Origin: the human T2T-CHM13v2.0 reference genome, Homo sapiens
NCBI RefSeq assembly: GCF_009914755.1
Contig: NC_060927.1
Direction: 5' to 3' (one strand)
Length of the DNA stretch: 64,000 bases
The translations under genes were made by a program, and so were the position numbers. The notes under the pieces are model-generated. The model made no database searches. It saw only the letters and a list, made by a program, of their open reading frames with translations, and was not told the origin of the DNA. Of this stretch, positions 29,523 through 41,524 are shown in pieces; positions within the stretch are counted from its first letter, which is position 1, and the number at the start of each line of letters is the position of its first letter.

Positions 29523-30210
29523 TTAGCTGAAGTTTTCCATCACCACTTCAGCAGGGAAGGCAGAAGCAATGTTTTGTCACTGCCAAATGAGATAGCAGTC
29601 CATGTTCTTAACTTGGCCTTTGTTGATGCTAGAGGTGATGGTAGGCTCCACATTATTGCCGGGTGGGGATGGAAGTCTCAGCTTCCCATGCAATGCCCAG
29701 CAACACAGTGGGGATGAGGGTTGAGGTGTCTCATGACTACTCAGTAAAAATCTGGGCTCTCTACTCAGCCTTCTCTGACACTAGCCTAGTGGTAGTGTTG
29801 GGGAGCCTCATTACAGTCTCACAAAAGTGGGCATCTAGGCTCCCCACTTTATCTTTGCTGGTGTGGGTCAGGTGAGACCACATTTTTTTCAGTGGTGTTT
29901 GGCTGGAATAGAATGGTTATTTTCTACAAGTTTTCTGGTAGGCTGCCATTTCCTAATCCTTTGACAAGATAGTAGACTTTTGTTTGGGATTGCTTTTCTT
30001 TTTCCTGGGCCCATTGGCAGTGCCGGATTGCTGGCTTCTTCAGCTCCAAGTCTGGGATATATGACACAAAAAGGAAGCCCTGGAAATTCACTTCCATCTT
30101 TTTCCTTAAATCCTAAAGTCCCTACCTGGTCTATCTTCTGTACTCCACTTTTCAGGGGTCTATGGAGTAGAGAAAACCACATCTGCCTGTCTTCCCAGAA
30201 GTAAAAGTTC
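29523..30210 (-). mobile_element. L1MC/L1MD 5' region, continuation of 18095-22524
   Basis: TTAGCTG..CACCACTTCAGCAGGGAAGG..TCACTGCCA..TTGGCCTTTGTTGA continues the sequence left of 22524. Confidence 0.7.
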
Positions 30211-30709
30211 ATGGATCTTTAACAGGTAGATGAAGACCTCAGAGAAAGATCCTATTTTTGAGGATCTGACCCCCTATGTTTTATTTTAGCTAGTAATTAA
30301 ATAATCCTACTAACAGTACTCAGAACTATCGGTAACTAATAAGTAAATAACTCAAGTCTACTCACACAGGGCACCCATCATAATCTCCTACTTACTTACC
30401 CCAGGCCCTCAACAACGGTCTATATCTTTGACACTGTCCATTTAACTAAGATACTCTTCTCTAATAAAAGAGAACATATCCCTGGTCTATATCCCTGATT
30501 AAACCTCCAATATTCTTGGAGGATATTATTTAGCCCTGGTTATATACATACTGTTAATTTGTTAATCAGACTACAACATCCAATATTTGCCACTTTTATC
30601 CAAATGATTCCAAACTCTGCTTCAGAAGTCAATTTGGAGAAAACACTCAGAATTGCTCAATCCACTTTCAAGTCTTTAATTACGATTTACAGAAATCACC
30701 CAAATGATG

Positions 30710-32090
30710 GCTCCAGCTTAGAGTTCTCTTTTGTTTTCCAGCACTGTCTGTCTACCTGGCCACCTGAACTTGAAGTCTGTTTCTTCAATCTCACTATCGC
30801 CCAGCCTAACCAATGACACTCTCTTCCCTATCCCTAGCCAACAAACCTAGTTATTCTCTAATGTTTCCCCTATACGGGAATGAGGAGCACCATTCAGGCA
30901 GTTAACAAGACAGAAACTGGCAGCCATCTTTGGCTATTTCTTTTCTCTTGACCCATATTCTCAGTAGTATAATGTTTAACAACAAGTTATCTTAAAAAAT
31001 AATAATAGTGTATACATACATATTTAGATTTATCATAGATAATATTGATATAAAACTATAGCACACAGTTTATGAATAATAATAAAATATACAATACCCT
31101 TTATTGTAAATTTCATATAGCATATTGATTCTCACAGAATACTTTCATTGTTTTTTGCCAAACTCTTAGATCCATAGCCAACTTATTGTTGCAACTAACG
31201 GACAAGAGTATTTCTGACATGTGTGTTGGTTGATCATTTCCTTTACATTAAAGAGTAAGACAAGGGTGAAACAATAAAAACATATGCTGAAATTTTATTG
31301 TTTTGTCCATAATGTGAAAGACTTCTTTGATGGATCAAATGATTGTTTTTACACACTGGAAGAATATTTTCTCTATTTCATGTGATTTAACAATGAGACA
31401 TCTACAGACATGACACACTTAAATTTAATCTGAATCATTGACACTTTCTCCATCACTTGCTTAAGTCTAGAAAATCAATAGTGCAATAAATCAAGCCCTT
31501 AGTTATAGTAGTTGACAATTACCAAGGAGCAAATCCTCCCACCATAGCTGATTTCAAGCTACCAATATGACATAACTGAATGTGAATTGGAAAGATTTGT
31601 GTGATAATACACCAACATATAGTATTTCACCAAAAAGCACCACAGATATAAATAATCTCAAGAGTTAGCTAATAGCAAAATGTAGTGAAATAATTAGGAA
31701 TGAATGGCTTTTGAGTACTTATTACCCGTGTTTTGATGTAATTTATTATAAGTTTATATAATTTAATTTTTAATATCTGTGCTTACAACCAACTCACAGA
31801 ATTTCTGAAAATTTAAAATCAGCTCTTGCAAATCAGTGTGAGCCAGGTTTAGCTGTAAGTATCCAATCTAGAGCCTGATGATTCTATCTAAAAAAAAAAA
31901 ATACCTTAAAACCAGTTTACTTTTCTTCATTTCTGCCATCATCTCCCTAGTCTGTGTTTTCATTGTTTTTTTACTGGACCCTCAAAATAGCCTCTTGTTT
32001 TTCTACATCTACATTTAACCCTTCCCAACTTGTTCTTCAAGTTTCAGCCAGTGTAATTTTCTTAAAATGCCAATATGATTTTGTTGACCA
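30710..32090 (+). mobile_element. L2 fragment split by MER63
   Basis: GCACCATTCAGGCAGTTAACAAGACAGAAACTGGCAGCCATCTTTG; resumes ~31860 with ..CTGGACCCTCAAAATAGCCTC..CAGCCAGTGTAATTTTCTTAAAATGC. Confidence 0.6.
30962..31855 (-). mobile_element. MER63C/D (hAT-Blackjack)
   Basis: AATAAATCAAGCCCT; CTCCCACCATAGCTGATTTCAAGCTACCAA; TTCTGAAAATTTAAAATCAGCTCTTGCAAATCAGTGTGAGCCAG. Confidence 0.85.
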
Positions 32091-32091
32091 A

Positions 32092-32655
32092 TGCATTTAT
32101 TAATTGGTTTATTTAGCAAATGATTATTGAGTTTTATGTCCTAGGCACTGTTTTAGTGGATTAGGATAAATGTGTGAACAAAGGATAACAATTGCTTCCC
32201 TCATGTAGAGTACATATGACTTGTAGAGGAGGGCCAGGGTATAGACAATGTGCAAAACATAATAAATAAATTGTGCTGAAAATCAGAAGGTAATGAGTGC
32301 TATGGGGAGAAAAAATGCAAAGCAAGGTAAAAGTAGATGTAGTAGGGAAGTTACAGTATTAAGTCTGGTGCTCAGGATATGCCTGATAGACAAGATGACA
32401 TTTGAGAAAGGACTTGAATAAGATAAGGATTAGCCATTTGGATTTCAGGGGGAAATAGCCAGTGGGCACAGAGACCAGTGTAGCTAGAGCACCATGAGCA
32501 GTGGATAGGGGTGAAAAAAAGTTAAGTTGGAGAGCTATAGAGAAAATAACATGGAGGTTCCTGGAGGTGATTGTAAAGACTTCAGCTTTTACCCTATTTG
32601 AAATAGGGAATCATCACAGGGTTTTGAACAGAAGAGTGTCAAACTTTTGAAGCAG
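32092..32655 (-). mobile_element. L2a 3' portion nested antisense in L2
   Basis: TTTATTTAGCAAATGATTATTGAG..TATGTCCTAGGCACTGTT; GATGACATTTGAG; GTAAAGACTTCAGCTTTTAC..GGGTTTTGAACAGAAGAGTG. Confidence 0.75.
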
Positions 32656-33095
32656 ATCACTCTTGCTTAAAATCCTTCAGTGTCTTCCCATTGTTCTTTA
32701 GGTAAAATCTAGCATTCTTCACATAGCCCTTCAAGCCCAACAGAATGTGGTCTTTGTGTCATCTCACCATACTGATCTCTGGCTTCTCTCTTCCTCCCTC
32801 GTGTTTCTTCCAGTCCTTGAATGGGGTGCTACTCTCTACATCAGACAGAGCCTCCAACAGACACTCATAGCTACCTGAACTTGTCCTTCATAATAATACT
32901 TTCATACTAAACGGTTGATTGTGATTTCATGATCAGTTGTTAATTGTTTATGTTGCCTACCTGCACTGCTCTTCCCTGCTGGAAAGGAAGCTAGATTTAA
33001 GCAGCGATATTGTATCTTTCGTTCACTGATGTATCTCAAAGAATTAAACCAGTGCTTGGGACATAGTAGACAAATATCAATTGAATGAATGAATG
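32656..33095 (+). mobile_element. L2 3' end
   Basis: TGCTTAAAATCCTTCAGTG..; GTTCACTGATGTATCTC..CAGTGCTTGGGACATAGTAG..TTGAATGAATGAATG. Confidence 0.75.
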
Positions 33096-33169
33096 TCTTA
33101 TATATTAATATATTCCCAGTGTTTAACGCGGGGTCTATTCCATGATAGACCTTCTGTAATTTTTTTGTA

Positions 33170-33425
33170 GAATGAATAGATAATCAAATGGATGGATGAG
33201 TGAATAGATGATTGAATGAGTGAAAATAATGAATAAGTGAATGATGTATATTTCTATTATATTCCCAGTACTGAACTCAAAAGTCTGGCTTGTGGTAGCA
33301 CATTCTGCATTTTTTTTTTTTTTTTTTGCTGTTGAGTGAATAGATAACTGAATAGATGGATGAATAGATGTTTGAATGTGTGAAAATATGGAAGGACTGA
33401 ATAAACAAATGAATAAATGAATCAT
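33170..33425 (+). repeat. degenerate (GAAT/GGAT)n low-complexity tract with internal poly-T
   Basis: directly visible. Confidence 0.65.
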
Positions 33426-34109
33426 TTTTAGTCAAGTCAGAAGAGTTTCTGTCTTCCAAGAAGAATATCTCTTCTGCCCAGAGTGGGTCACTTGATCGGC
33501 CCATTAGTTCTCTATTTGGTTTCCTGCCATGGATATATTTTGAAGAACATTTTTATTAGCTTTGGAGTCACTTGCAAGGTACTCTTGAATTCTCTTTTGG
33601 CTTGCCTGCATTCTTGTTCACACCTGACCTGCCATAGTTTGCGGATCTCCCTGGTTTCCTTACTTGGGCCACATTTCCAAGTGTCCCTTTGATCTCTGGC
33701 ACATACTTTTGCTAGGCTTCCAGTAAGGTGTTTTTAAACAGTCTCCAGATTTCCTGTGGCTTATTGACTTTTTAAATTATTCCTTTCATTTGTTTTTCCT
33801 AACCAGTGCCTACACTTGTTCTTAGGTTCCTTTTATAAAATTGAGTAACCACATGATATATAAATGTTCTCTCCCAGCCCAGAATGGTCACAGTGTTGTG
33901 ATCACTCAGAGATACTTTTTCTTCCAGGTCCTGCCCACCACTCAAAGCCAAGTCTAAAATATTTTTCTTCCTTAATAATTCTAAAAGGCATTTTTCTAAG
34001 AGGAGATCATTTATCTTATCCAATAATATATTTGTAATCTATATGTGAACCCTGAATAAATTAGTCTCCAAGAAAGTACAGAGCATGCTGCGTATATGTG
34101 CTGTAGAAT

Positions 34110-34111
<2 letters not shown>

Positions 34112-34145
<34 letters not shown>
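34112..34145 (+). repeat. (GT)17 microsatellite
   Basis: directly visible. Confidence 0.95.
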
Positions 34146-34148
<3 letters not shown>

Positions 34149-34859
34149 CCGCATAAAGTAAAGGTACTTTAAAAACGATCTCATTTCTAAGTTGGAAAGT
34201 CTCTAATCATGATAACTCCTTTACAGAAACTAAAATCTATTCAAATAGGAGTCAGAAAACGTTTCTGGTTCCCATCTACACAGATCAAATGCTAGTTTGT
34301 CTCTTTGTTGTCCTATTTTCTCCTACCAAAGCCTATTTGAAGAAAGGAGTTCAGCAACCTAAGAGAAATAGAAATCATTTAACATAATGAAAAATTCGCT
34401 TTCACTTTTTTTAACCAAACATTTCATCAGTCAGGATTTTTCCTACCAAAGATGTTTATTTTCAACCATTTGCTTTATTTGGCTAAAAGGTACGTTCTTT
34501 GCTACATTTAATAGGCATGTGTATGCTGCTCAAACTAGAGATCACAGAGTTTTCATCTGCAAATTTTTACCAGACTAAAGTGAACCAAAGAACATGTTAG
34601 AAATTTGAGCCTATAGTGCATATATACTTCTCGCAAATATTTTAGCAGACTGTCTGTTTCTCAAAAATTTTATATGATAAAACACATCATCAGTGTTTAC
34701 TCAGATTCTAGGTTGTGGTGCAAATGTAATAGATTTTGTCTTAAATAGTGAAAACTGGAAATACACCTTTTTCCACTTCAAACTTTTGAATTCGTCAAGT
34801 TATAATGAAGAAGCTTTAAAGATGTGGTGATATGTTTTCCACCCATGATATTGACATAT

Positions 34860-35150
34860 GCACATAATTACCTTTTTTTTTCTTTTTGATACAATTTCAT
34901 TATTTGTCATGCTGGCTGTGGCGTACCAATAAAGCCAAAATATCATATTAGAATTCATGACAGTTTTCACATTGTATTATCAATATGTGGAAATAATTGT
35001 CTGCTCTGAGATTAAATTACATTATTGTGTATCTTTTTCATGCCTAATAAATAATGATGGATGGCTTTTATTTTCATCACCACCTGCAACCATTTAGTCA
35101 CCCCTTGATTGTTGAAGATAAAATAATAAAAGGCAAGTGTTATGTTGCAA
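34860..35150. promoter_or_regulatory. candidate enhancer with PBX-HOX and MEIS sites
   Basis: TGATGGATGG at 35055-35064, TGACAG at 34958-34963, many TAAT/ATTA cores, unique sequence; conservation not verified. Confidence 0.4.
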
Positions 35151-38100
35151 GCAGAAGAATGTAGTCAAAACAGTTGTATGTTCCTTGTTTCCATTTGCAT
35201 TATTTGAGTCCCTAAAGAGCAATGCATGGTGGTCTATAAAAGATAGCAACCTGGGAGAAACATGGCAAACAGTTCACGTAAATGAGGGGAGAAAGTGGGA
35301 AAATATTTTTTTCTAGTAGAACAATAATTATTTCTTGGTGCACGATTCTTAATCTGAAAATGAGTTTTTTGTTCTGCTGTGCAAATCAGTTACATGCAAT
35401 CAGAATGCAAAGCAGAGGCACATCTTACTGTTTAGCCTTTTTAAATAGAAATGAAAACAGCCCGGAAATTGTAGCAAAGTTGAAAATGCATGCTAGGTAA
35501 TTTTGAAATCCAAAGACATAAAACCATGCATAATAAAAAGGCCACTCTAAACTCATTACATTTTTTTGAAATTGGCAATTAGAAGGCTTAATTTTAAAAT
35601 TAGAACTTGCATGTTTGGAAACTTATTAACTGTATTTTGAATGGTCAAGTCCATTGCCAATGTTAAAGTGTGTTTTGTTTACAATTCCACTGCCTCATAA
35701 TTTGGTTTTATCTATGTCAGACCTGCTCAGATGCTTTTTTTTAATTGTTCAACATTATGCTTAAGCAAAATTGATTCACCTTTTCTGGTGAAACTTTCGA
35801 ATTAAAATTATAATCAGCAAATGCTGTGAGTCTTAAGGGGAACAGAATTGCCTTGGAGGTTTATGATACTATTATATTTCATCTCGGAAGAATGTCAAGC
35901 TTTTTTACAAAATAAATATATGGTGTTTATAATGGAAACTAGTCATTTGATCATTTCAGTTATAACAGTGAGGTAAGAAAGCAAACTGTAGACAAAATCT
36001 TTTTTGATATTTGGTTATGAGTCACAGGTTGACTCTTTACAGAACAGTTTCGCATGTTTGGCTCTATTATCTTTAAATCAAAAGAAGACAATCTCAGGCA
36101 TAGCAGAGACTGAGACCAAAATCCAAAGGTAATCCTATCAAATGTCAAGTTACTGCAGAGAAATGGCTTGAAAAATAGGCCAGTGGTCCATTATTTGATG
36201 AACCCCAAGTGAATGCATAAGCTTGCGAGTCTGTCTTTCGCCGGGTGTTCTATTAATGTTCTTCCCAATTGTTTTAGAGCATTCATTTAAAAACAGAGGG
36301 GCCTTTCCCTTGTTTATGGCTGTTTTGCTATCTGACTACCCATCTCCCTCTATAATTAAATGCCACGAATAAAATAATAATAAACATAATTTTATTTGTA
36401 CCATTACTCACTGCAGAAATTACATCTTTACATTTCCTATGAGAATCAAAGAGCAGTCATGCCTCCTTCCTTCACATTTGAGAGAGCTGTGTAGAAGTCG
36501 GAGGCTTTTCTAGATTCTCTGAGCCTGGGGGGGAATTTTGTGGGTTAGCAACCTTTGAGACAAATTATTTTGCAGTGTGTACATATATACCTATCTTCCC
36601 TTGATGATCAAGATTTTACCTGGCCCATGTAAACACCTTGGAAGACTAATTCTATAAAACAGACTTGCATAAAAATCACCCACAACTTGAAACTGGGACA
36701 TCTATCTGTGGGCATAACGCCATGCACTCTAAAGAAAGTAAGCTTTAGCACATGCTGCAAAACTCTTCTAATTAGAAGCCCCTGCTAGTCTTTTGTCCCT
36801 CAGTGCTCAGTGGAAGTTCTAAGAATCCAAAGCTTTACCCAAATGTACCTTGCCCCAAGCATCCTGATCTCACTCCCTGGTAACAGGAAGTTCCAGAATG
36901 ACATCCTCATGGAATTGTTTTATTTTTCTCTTGCATTATCTCTCGTCTGTTGTGATTTTCTTCAGCCAAAGTCTCCCTGTCATGACCTACCAAAAAAGAA
37001 AACATGTTGAATAACTGCACCATAAATACACAAAATGGAAACGCTGAACTAGCTCCATTAAAATAAATCATTCTTAGTACTGTAAACCTTTTTGTTTTAA
37101 TTTCACACTTTCTATCATCCTAGTGGTTTGCTAGTTCTAATAATGTTTCTGGAGTCTGTGCTACATATATGAAGACATTCAGGAGTTTTTAACAAACACA
37201 AAAATTATTAACTTTCCTGCCTTACGTATTTGCAAGAAGGGGATGTATGAACAAAATAACTTATATCCAAGCATGCAGCTGAAATATTGGAATGTGAAAA
37301 CTCCCCTGCCATTAACAGTTAATAGTTCAGTGCTCTGGGGTAACAGCAGTTGCTCTGCACTTCTCAGAAAAACATTTGGGAAAAAATACTTTGGACTAAT
37401 AAAATTAACGTTAGAATGACAACAAATTTCAACATCTGTGAAGCTTTTGGGGAACTTTCAACTCTTACCAATAATACATGCAATTTTATAATTTTTAGGC
37501 AACGTACCTATTTATAAAGGCAATTTTTAACATCAAAGGAAAAATTGCTTTATCTAAAATGTATACTCAATATTCAAAGCATTACCACAAGATAAGTAAT
37601 TTTGGACAAAGATTCTTAAAACTACTAACTGAGCAGTAAATATTTGTTCAATTGGACATTCTAAATGTTGAAATGTGTTAGTCATTTTGGTTGAACTAAT
37701 ACAGTACAATGAGATTGCTTTCACTTTTCCAGCAGCCTTCTTAAGTCATTTTAGTGTTTAAAAACTAGTCCTGGGCTCCAGAAAACACTGTGTTAGGGAA
37801 GGAAAAACAGACTCTTTGGCTAGAGTTATGGAAGGAGGGTGGAACCTTATGAGTTACATGACTACATAAGATGTAGGCAATTTTATTTTGGCAACAAATT
37901 CAGGCTTTTGCATTGGGTTTTTTCTTAGACTGTTAATTCAAATACACATGCACGAATCTCCTACGAAAGGAAAGATTCTTACTCATCTGCAGAGCATAGA
38001 TAACGATTAATTGTTCCATTTCATCTTTCAGGCTACAGTACTATGAGTTTAGGAACTCTGCAAACTGCGAAATGATCTGCCCCGGGGGAAGTGACTAGGA

Positions 38101-39828
38101 TCACAATGTAATTACTCAAAAAATGGACTCAGATCATATCCCAAATCTACATGAAGAGAGGTATATGCTTGATAAATAGTAAAGATGATGTCAAAGATCA
38201 GCTTTCTCCCTCTGGTGGAATGTTCAGCACTCTCAGTTGTCTTCACAATATTATATATAAAGCACCTAGAACATAGAACCTTATGTGATGATCATTTCTC
38301 AGGTGAAATAGTGCACTGGACTATCCAGCTATTTCACTGGCTAGATGTTTATTTGGAAACTCAAAACAAAAACGCAGAATGACTGGTGACATTTATGATA
38401 TTTGCCACTGGGCCAGTTGGACCTTCCTTCACGATGAAATAGGATCTCAGTCTCTAATCTGCATGTCCAGACCAAAGACAATTTGATGTAACTCCATTAT
38501 AGCATATTTTAAACTTTTCTTGAAGTTCAGGAATATATCTTTCAGAATCCGTCAGTACTTCAGAAGCGTGGCTCGCCAAACCAATCAATCTAGTACAAAG
38601 TTTGTTTTTAGAATTCAAGTTCCTTGTTACTGCTTTGCAAGCAGATGTCTTCAAAGATATAATATGGTGAAGAGATTATGTGATTTTTGGGTGTAGCAAT
38701 TCTGCCAGTTATAATTAAAAGGGCCAACATCCAAGTTTTGTTTTCTTTATAAACACTGCAGAGTGTGTCAGTGGCCAATCTAAAATTACCCACAGAGGAG
38801 TGTGTGCTCTCTTCTTTAGCACAAGATAATGAAGATGGTGTGTGAACGCACTATGGTTATAATAAGCTGATGGACTTGCGGTCCTACGCACAAACTTGTC
38901 CAAATGTAATTATAAGAGTTTTGAGAGAATTGTTGCTTCCTAAACTGACTAGTCAAGTGACTCAAAAGTTAATATCATCAAATTAACAGTCTGACTTTGA
39001 AGGTCTACAATTGTACCTTAGAAAATAAATACTTGCAATCAGTCATTCTTTCTTAAAGGGAAAAAGATATCTTTGAGAAGTGTCTCAATGCAGGGCAGTC
39101 TATTCAGCATTCTCTCTATGTATTGCTTCTGGAGAGGTGAATTGAGTCTAAAAATAAAAAGTAACAAAGGGCTGAGCGTCCAGCTCTTTCCCTCGTGTGT
39201 GGAGGAGAGAAGGCCAGTCTGAACCTGCGCTGGTGTTGATGTGGTTGAGAGGGTGCGTTTGTCAGGCTCTGCAGCCTGGATCGCAAGGGTGAGAAATACA
39301 GTCGGGGCCCCGAGAAGGAAAAGGAATATCTCAAGGTGATTACTGAATCATAAGCCTCCATAGCAGCAGTTCTCATATACAGAGAGAAAGAAAACAAGTC
39401 TATATAAAAGATTCAAGATATCAACATCTCATTCTCTTGGGAACTGGAAAACAATCTGAGACAGAGGGACATGGTTGTCAGAAATCTGGGTAGATCAGAG
39501 AGGGAAGCCAAGCAGGTCTTTCTCCTTTGTGTTTTGGGCACAGTCCTTCATAAATTTTGTGGACAAACTGTGGTGTCTCCTTATCTTCCAAATAATGAGT
39601 GTCAAAGCATCCCAGTGTCTTTTGAGGGGAGTCCTCTTACTTGGTTGCTGTGGATGAGTGACTTGCAGGTTTCCACAGGGGATTGGATGCTAGGGCAACT
39701 GATAACAAAAATCTCACTCACACCAGCCTCGTAGTTCACTGCAATCTCATTTGCTTTGGATGTTCACACTGGCCTAAGACCAATGTCTCCTGTCTCAAAC
39801 TTGCCATATTGAACTACTGATCTATAAT

Positions 39829-39831
<3 letters not shown>

Positions 39832-39862
<31 letters not shown>
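39832..39862 (+). repeat. poly(A)31
   Basis: directly visible. Confidence 0.95.
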
Positions 39863-39864
<2 letters not shown>

Positions 39865-39976
39865 CACAAAGGTGAAAGTAACAAGTTTACCAAAACACCA
39901 ATCATCCAAATCCCAAAAACTTTTCCTTTGCTGAACTGTTTTTATATTTCCTTTTTTCCTGAGCTATGTCTCTCTC

Positions 39977-40287
39977 TTTTTTTTTTTTTTTTTTTTTTTT
40001 TGAGACGGTGTCTCACTCTGTCACCCAGGCTGGAGTGCAGTGGCACAATCTCAGCTCAGTGAAACCTCTGCCTTCTGGGCTCAGGTGATTCTCCCACCTA
40101 AGGCTCCCAAGTAGCTGGGACTACAGGTACATGCCGCCAGGCTTGGCCAATTTTTTTGTATTTTTTTTGTAGAGACAAGGTTTTACCATGTTACTTAGGC
40201 TGGTCTCGAACTCCTGGACTCAAGTGATCCACCCATCTTGTCCTCTCAAAATACTGGTATTACAGGCATGAGCCACCACACCCAGCC
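39977..40287 (-). mobile_element. AluJb
   Basis: poly-T25 then antisense dimeric Alu with CTCCTGGACTCAAGTGATCC. Confidence 0.95.
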
Positions 40288-40359
40288 AGGTACATGTATC
40301 TTGACAGGTGAGTCTCATATTACCACATACTCCCTTCATATAAATATAGGTACATGTTC

Positions 40360-40845
40360 ATGTCCAATCCATTCCCCAAAATGTAGCCAGAGCAGTGTTT
40401 TTCAAAGGGCAAAGGGCAAATGTCATTCTTTAGTGTCTAAGTGAAGAGTAAAATACTTCCTCTAACCTGTACTCTTATCTAGGCTCACCTGACCCATTTC
40501 CCTTCACTCTGCCTGCTCCACCCACTCTGACCCTCTTTCATTTTGTCTCCTGCCATCTGACTTTCATGTGGTAACCACACATCTGCCCCTCTCAGCATGG
40601 AATCCTTCCTCATGGATGCCTCCCTAATGAAGTCAAATATTTCTATTTTTATGTCTGATAGGATCATGATTCTGTATGTCATAGAAAGGAGCATGGTTAT
40701 AATTTTACATTTATATGTGTATCCATTGGTCAACATCTACTTCCTGGACTATAAGCTCTGTGGACTATAACCACGCCTATTTGGCTTTTTATGGTATCCC
40801 CCGAACTTATCCAATGCTTGGAAAATAACACTCAAAAACATTTCA
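40360..40845 (+). mobile_element. L2 3' fragments (host of the U6/L1 chimera)
   Basis: GTAGCCAGAGCAGTGTTTTTCAAA; CTGGACTATAAGCTCTGTG..TGGTATCCCC..AATGCTTGG; tail resumes at ~41375. Confidence 0.55.
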
Positions 40846-40847
40846 GA

Positions 40848-40950
40848 GTACTCAGTTCAAAGCACATATACTAAAATTGGAACAATACGGAGATTAGCAT
40901 GGCCTCTGCACAAGGATGACACGCAAATTTGTGGAACATTCTATATTTTT
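40848..40950 (+). pseudogene. full-length U6 snRNA retro-pseudogene (5' part of a U6/L1 chimera)
   Basis: GTACTC..AGCACATATACTAAAATTGGAAC..GATTAGCATGGCCTCTGCACAAGGATGACACGCAAATT..TATATTTTT aligns end-to-end to U6; ACAGAGA box damaged. Confidence 0.95.
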
Positions 40951-41373
40951 CTGTCACATGTTCTCAAATGTAGGAGCTAAAAAAAAGTTGACCTTATGGA
41001 AATAGAGAGTAGAATGATCATTACCAGAGAGGCCAGGGAGGGTACTGAGGAGGTGGTGGGGATGAAGATTGGTTAGTCAGTGGATCTACACTTGAGTTAG
41101 ATAGAAGGAATGACATCTAATGTTCAGTAACATAATAGAGCAAGTACAATTAAAAATAATTTATTGTATATTTTAAAATAACTATAGAAGTAGAATTGGA
41201 ATGTTCCTAACACAAAGAAATAATAAGTGTTTGAGGTGATGGATATTCTAATTACCCTAATTTGATCATTACCCACTCTCTGCCTGTATCAAATTATTGC
41301 ATATACCCCACAAATATATACTACTATGTATTCATGAAAATTAAAATTTAAAATATTAAAATTTAAAAAAAAA
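40951..41373 (+). mobile_element. L1MA (approx. MA3-MA5) 3' end fused to U6
   Basis: CACATGTTCTCA..GGAGCTAAAAA..ATAGAGAGTAGAATGAT; AACACAAAGAAATAATAAGTGTTTGAGGTGATGGATA..CCCTAATTTGATCATTAC; A-rich tail. Confidence 0.9.
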
Positions 41374-41524
41374 TTCTGAGATGAGGGAATAAATGTCCAG
41401 ACACATTTCAATTAAGTTGTCATATGTTACAAAGGCCATATTTCTATATTATATACTATATAATATCTGGTGGAACTCCTAAAGAATATAGTTGGGGATT
41501 TCTCTAACTATTACACTATCATTA

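Noticed and set aside
38454-38654. 66-aa minus-strand ORF with protein-like composition
   Set aside because: No recognisable homology, non-ATG start, no convincing splice sites.
40848-40950. Functional U6 snRNA gene
   Set aside because: Many substitutions, damaged ACAGAGA box, upstream DNA is L2 rather than a PSE/TATA promoter, and it is fused to L1.
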